Of a stretch of 64,000 nt of DNA, positions 59,944 through 64,000 are shown piece after piece. The stretch's first letter is position 1. Every line of letters begins with the position of its first letter. Where the stretch lies: contig JAWMAR010000074.1 in assembly GCA_036785375.1 (NCBI GenBank), forward strand, positions 7,068,001 to 7,132,000, written 5' to 3'. The notes under the pieces were generated by a model, which was not told the origin of the DNA, searched no databases, and was given only the letters and a program-made list of their open reading frames with translations. This DNA comes from Leucoraja ocellata (lineage: Eukaryota). The translations under genes were made by a program, and so were the position numbers.

Positions 59944-62038
59944 CAGCTTTGCAAAGTCAAAATTTCCTCACAGCTTGCCTCGATTTCTACCGGACAATGC
60001 AACAGGAAGGGCAATAATCGATCACCAAATTTCTTGCTGAACTTTGCACCCAGGCAAAGGCATGTGATTTTAAAGCTCAATGCACAATGCATTGTGGGAT
60101 AGACTGGTCATGGGCTGCAGGCACGCATTCATTCATCAGGCGATTCTCAAGGAATCAGATGCTTCATTGAAAAATGTGCTGCAGTGCGCTAAGATGGACG
60201 AGCTGCTAAGTAAAGAACTGCACAAAATGGCCGGCGAAACAGTGTCGAAGCTCCCTCAGGAGGTCCATACAGTTCGTCAGACTCGTCCTCAACGCCAGAA
60301 ACCAGTTGATCGACTCAGAGCAAATCCGGAGAAGGTGGGACAGTTTCAGAAGAGCCGTCCCTCTGTGGGGGGTGGATCGAAACCCTGTTACCGGTGCAGC
60401 TCGACTGCTCATCATCACCGTGAGTGCCCGTATATCGAGTCCGTTTGTTATACCTGTTATCTCCAGGGTGTCAATCCGTAGGAAAGCTGAGAAAAGGCAA
60501 GAATGCGCAAAAGACAGTCGACCAAATCGCTGAGACCATTTCTATTGAAGTGCTCGGTGTGTCTACAATCACCGACGAGCCAAGGATTTCGCTGCTGGTC
60601 TCGAACGTCCATCTACAGTTCCAGGTGGACACTGGTGCGGCTGTGTCGCTAGTGGGTCAGGACATCTGGGAGAGGATCAGATCGCTGAAACTGAAACGGG
60701 CCAACATCCGCCTTTTCGGATACGGACGACAGCTCATTCCCATGAAAGGCAAATGCACTGTTGCTGTTTCCTGTAATGGTATGACACAGATGTTTGTCGT
60801 TGGCAAAGAACGTAAATCGCTGGATGGTGCCATCGACTGGATCCATGCTTTCAAGCTTTACATGAATGCCTTGATCTACGATGGATCAACTATGGCATTG
60901 TCATCTACCATGGATTGCAACATGGTCAGCAAGTGCGAAAACAAGCTGCAGAAGGTTCTTGACCAGTTTCCGGTCGTTTTTGCACCTGGACTCGGGCATT
61001 GCACAAAGATGTAGGCTCGGCTCATACTCAAATATGATGCCATCTTTAAGTTCTTCAAACCAAGACCAGTTCCGCTCGGTCGGATGGACGCCGTCGACAA
61101 GGAACTCTGCTGTCTTGAAGAAATGGGAATTATCACCCATGTGGAACATTCAGACTGGGCCACACCCATAGTTGTCGTTCAGAAGCCTTGCAGCAAGGTG
61201 CGCATCTGTGGCGACTACAAAGTGACTGTAAACCCTCAATTACACATTGATCAACAACCCCATACCAAGAGTGGATGAGCTGTTCATCAAGCTGCAAGGA
61301 GGACAGTACTTCTCGAAATTGGACACGTCCGAAGCGTACCTCCAAGTGGAACTGGACGACGAGACAAAAAAACGTCTCGTCGTCCAGACAATACAACTGA
61401 TTGTCATTTGGACCAGCACCGAGAAACCGGTCGACAATCTGGTTGCCGGGATTCTGTGAGTAGCCACCTACCTGGATAATTGTCACCGGCCTGACAGAGG
61501 AAGAACACCTGCAGAACCTGAAACATGTCCTCACGGCACTGAACAACTATGGCATGAAGTTGTGCATGGACAAGTACGCATTCTTCCGACAACAGGTCAC
61601 ATATCTCGGACATGCGATCTCGGCAAGTGGTCTGAAGTCATCAGAAGAAAGAGTGGACGCCATTGTGAAATTGCCGATGCCCGAAAATGTGAAGCAGCTT
61701 GAAAGCTTCATTGGAAAGGAGAACTACTATGGCAAATTCACACCGGCACTTTCGACTTTGTGCGCACCATTGAACAACCTGTGAAAACAGGACATCGAAT
61801 GGCACTTGTCCAAAGAGTGTGACCATGCATTCACCAGGTTGAAGGAGATGCTCGTCCAGAAGACGCATTTGGTCCACTATGACCCATCGAAGCAGATCTC
61901 GCTGGCCGCCGATGCATCGCCGTATGGTCTCGGAGCTGTAATCTCACAAACGGCGCCGAACAGCAAGGAAGAACCAATCGCATTTGCATCCAACATGCTG
62001 ACGACCACCAAGAAAAACTACAGTCAAGTGGAGAAAGA
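59944..62038 (+). mobile_element. Ty3/Gypsy (Mag/K02A2.6-like) gag-pol remnant
   Basis: CCHC knuckle CYRCSSTAHHHREC, protease VDTGAAVS, RT WATPIVVV..RICGDYK..YFSKLD, RNase H ADASPYGLGAVI. Multiple stops and frameshifts; no LTR or integrase seen. Confidence 0.9.
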
Positions 62039-62361
62039 ACATACAGATAAAGCAAATACTGATATCTCTTCAAAAGAGAACACGAGGAAAACTCTGTTGA
62101 TTCTGAGCCTTTAGCAATAGTTGTGAACCGGGTCAGGCAGCATCTCTGGAGAATATGAATTGACAATGTTTCAGGCAGAAGGGTCCCAACCTGAATCTTT
62201 GCCACTCCATGTTCTCCAAAGATGCTGACGGACTCAATGAAAGACTTTGTACCTATTCGGTTTACTCAGCCTTGCTTAACTCCAGTTCATACCGCTGCCT
62301 TGATGAATCTTGCCGCTGGTGTCTGGAAGTACAATCATTAGATGTCTCTGCACCAGACTTA

Positions 62362-62686
62362 AGGGCCTGTCCCACTTTCACGATTTAATTCAAAACCTCT
62401 GCCGTGTTTAAAGGACTTTAAAAAAATAAGATTGTGGTAATCTACGAACTCCTACGACCTTCCACGACTCTGTTCACAAACTCCTACGAACTCCTACGAG
62501 TATGTCTACGAATTCCCACAACTATTTTGATGCCCTCCTTACGAGTAAAAAGTTGCAGTTTCTTTCATCCCAACCATTTTTTTATTCGTGGACATTTTTT
62601 ATTGGGCTGGAAAAAACTTCCCGACTTACCTGATGCCACGAGTGACTACGGCTGGCATAACGAGCTGCTACGATATATCTACGAAC
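62362..62686. mobile_element. Probable non-autonomous DNA transposon end (PIF/Harbinger-like) running into the gap
   Basis: ttaa-gggcctgtcccact terminus and repeated ctacga subterminal motifs. The other end is not visible. Confidence 0.45.
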
Positions 62687-62897
62687 NNNNNNNNNNNNNN
62701 NNNNNNNNNNNNNNNNNNNNNNNNNNNNNNNNNNNNNNNNNNNNNNNNNNNNNNNNNNNNNNNNNNNNNNNNNNNNNNNNNNNNNNNNNNNNNNNNNNNN
62801 NNNNNNNNNNNNNNNNNNNNNNNNNNNNNNNNNNNNNNNNNNNNNNNNNNNNNNNNNNNNNNNNNNNNNNNNNNNNNNNNNNNNNNNNNNNNNNNNN
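62687..62897. other. Assembly gap (211 N)
   Basis: N run. Confidence 1.
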
Positions 62898-63021
62898 GAG
62901 ACTGGTGAGATGTAGTCCAGAACTTGAAGACAATTATCGCAACTTTCTGCAGAACTCTAAGTACATCAGGTGACCACAGAGATCATTTTGTGCACAATCC
63001 ACTGAACTATTTCTTATTCCA

Positions 63022-63180
63022 GTTCCATAAGTTCATAAGTGATAGGAGCAGAATTAGGCCATTTGTCCCATTAAGTCTACGCTGCCATTCAATCATGGCT
63101 GATCTATCTTCCCCTCTCAACCCCATTCACCTGCCTTCTTCCCATAATCCCGGACACGCGTACTAATCAAGAATCTATCT
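63022..63180 (-). mobile_element. CR1-type 3' tail
   Basis: cataagttcataag..gcagaattaggccatt..atcatggctgatc. Confidence 0.7.
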
Positions 63181-63383
63181 TTGCCTATTCCTCCCACTCT
63201 CCTAACCCACCCTTTCCCTTCCACCCTACATCCCTCCCTCTGACTTTACATTTTACTCCCCTTTGTTCCAAGTCCAGTTGCATCTTTCGATGCATTCCCT
63301 GCTTTTATATCCTTGTTTTTATATCCTTAAGCCTGGGCTCATCAGAGGACAGTTCACACACTTCCCAAAATTATACGTAGAAT

Positions 63384-63509
63384 GCGTGGAATCAGTCTGA
63401 GGAGGGTCTCGACCCGAAATGTCACCCATTCCTTCTCTCCAGATACGCTGCCTGTCCAGCATTTTGTCTCTGCCTTCGATTTAAACCAGCATCTGCAGTT
63501 CTTTACCAC
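63384..63509 (+). mobile_element. Penelope-derived single-arm insertion starting just upstream of the hammerhead-like core
   Basis: cagtCTGAGGAgggtctcgacccGAAATGTCaccc; TSD attata[c/t]gtagaat (63370-63383, 63510-63523). Confidence 0.75.
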
Positions 63510-64000
63510 ATTATATGTAGAATTTTACATTGTAATTTTGCAACACTGGAAATCGGTAAAGTGACTGACTGCAGATATGAATTTTGGAGAATTGATTGGC
63601 TGATTAGTGTATTTGAACATTGATGGTCCAAAAATACTTTCCTTTAGGTTCAATTCTTTTGAACATGGAGCAAATGAGGGGAATTGGAAAGTAGGAGGAT
63701 GGGGTGCAAATATTACCTTCTCAAAGGCAATTGGGGGCATGCAATAAAATGCTGGATTTACTAGTGATGTTGAAATTCTCAAAATAACTTTTAAAAAGAA
63801 TAAAACACTTAACAACATATACCTTTTCAGACAAGGTGGGTGATGCCATTTGATTGAATGGGGGCTATCGCATAGGTCCAATGTTAAAGGTTTGTTTATT
63901 GTCACATGTACCAATTAAGGTTCAGTGAAATTCAGATTACCATACAGTCATACCAATAAAAGGGAACAAGACACCCAAATACATTTTTAACATGAACATC

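Noticed and set aside
62434-62973. ORFs spanning the N run
   Set aside because: Artefacts of the assembly gap.

Overview
Eukaryotic, AT-rich, repeat-dense non-coding DNA. The repeat set (HE1-like V-SINEs sharing 3' tails with CR1-clade LINEs, Rex1/Babar LINEs, Penelope-derived palindromes) points to a cartilaginous fish, probably a skate or ray; this is inferred from repeat content only. I could not recognise any host protein-coding exon. Every ORF with a recognisable product is a transposon remnant: CR1, L2, Rex1/Babar, L1 and Tx1 LINEs, Gypsy LTR elements, Tc1, hAT MITEs and non-autonomous Helitrons. There is one 211-N gap. The strongest lead is a family of about 130-270 bp Penelope-derived retroposons carrying a hammerhead-ribozyme-like core (CTGAAGA-A-stem-GAAACGTH). 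Several copies are fold-back palindromes centred on that core and flanked by 11-15 bp target-site duplications. Other leads are a non-TE-looking ~100-bp inverted repeat with strand-biased G-U pairing (10672-11335), a PPT-LTR-PBS junction, and a Helitron fragment inserted with a TSD. Family names come from recalled motifs, not database searches. Boundaries of degraded repeats are approximate.
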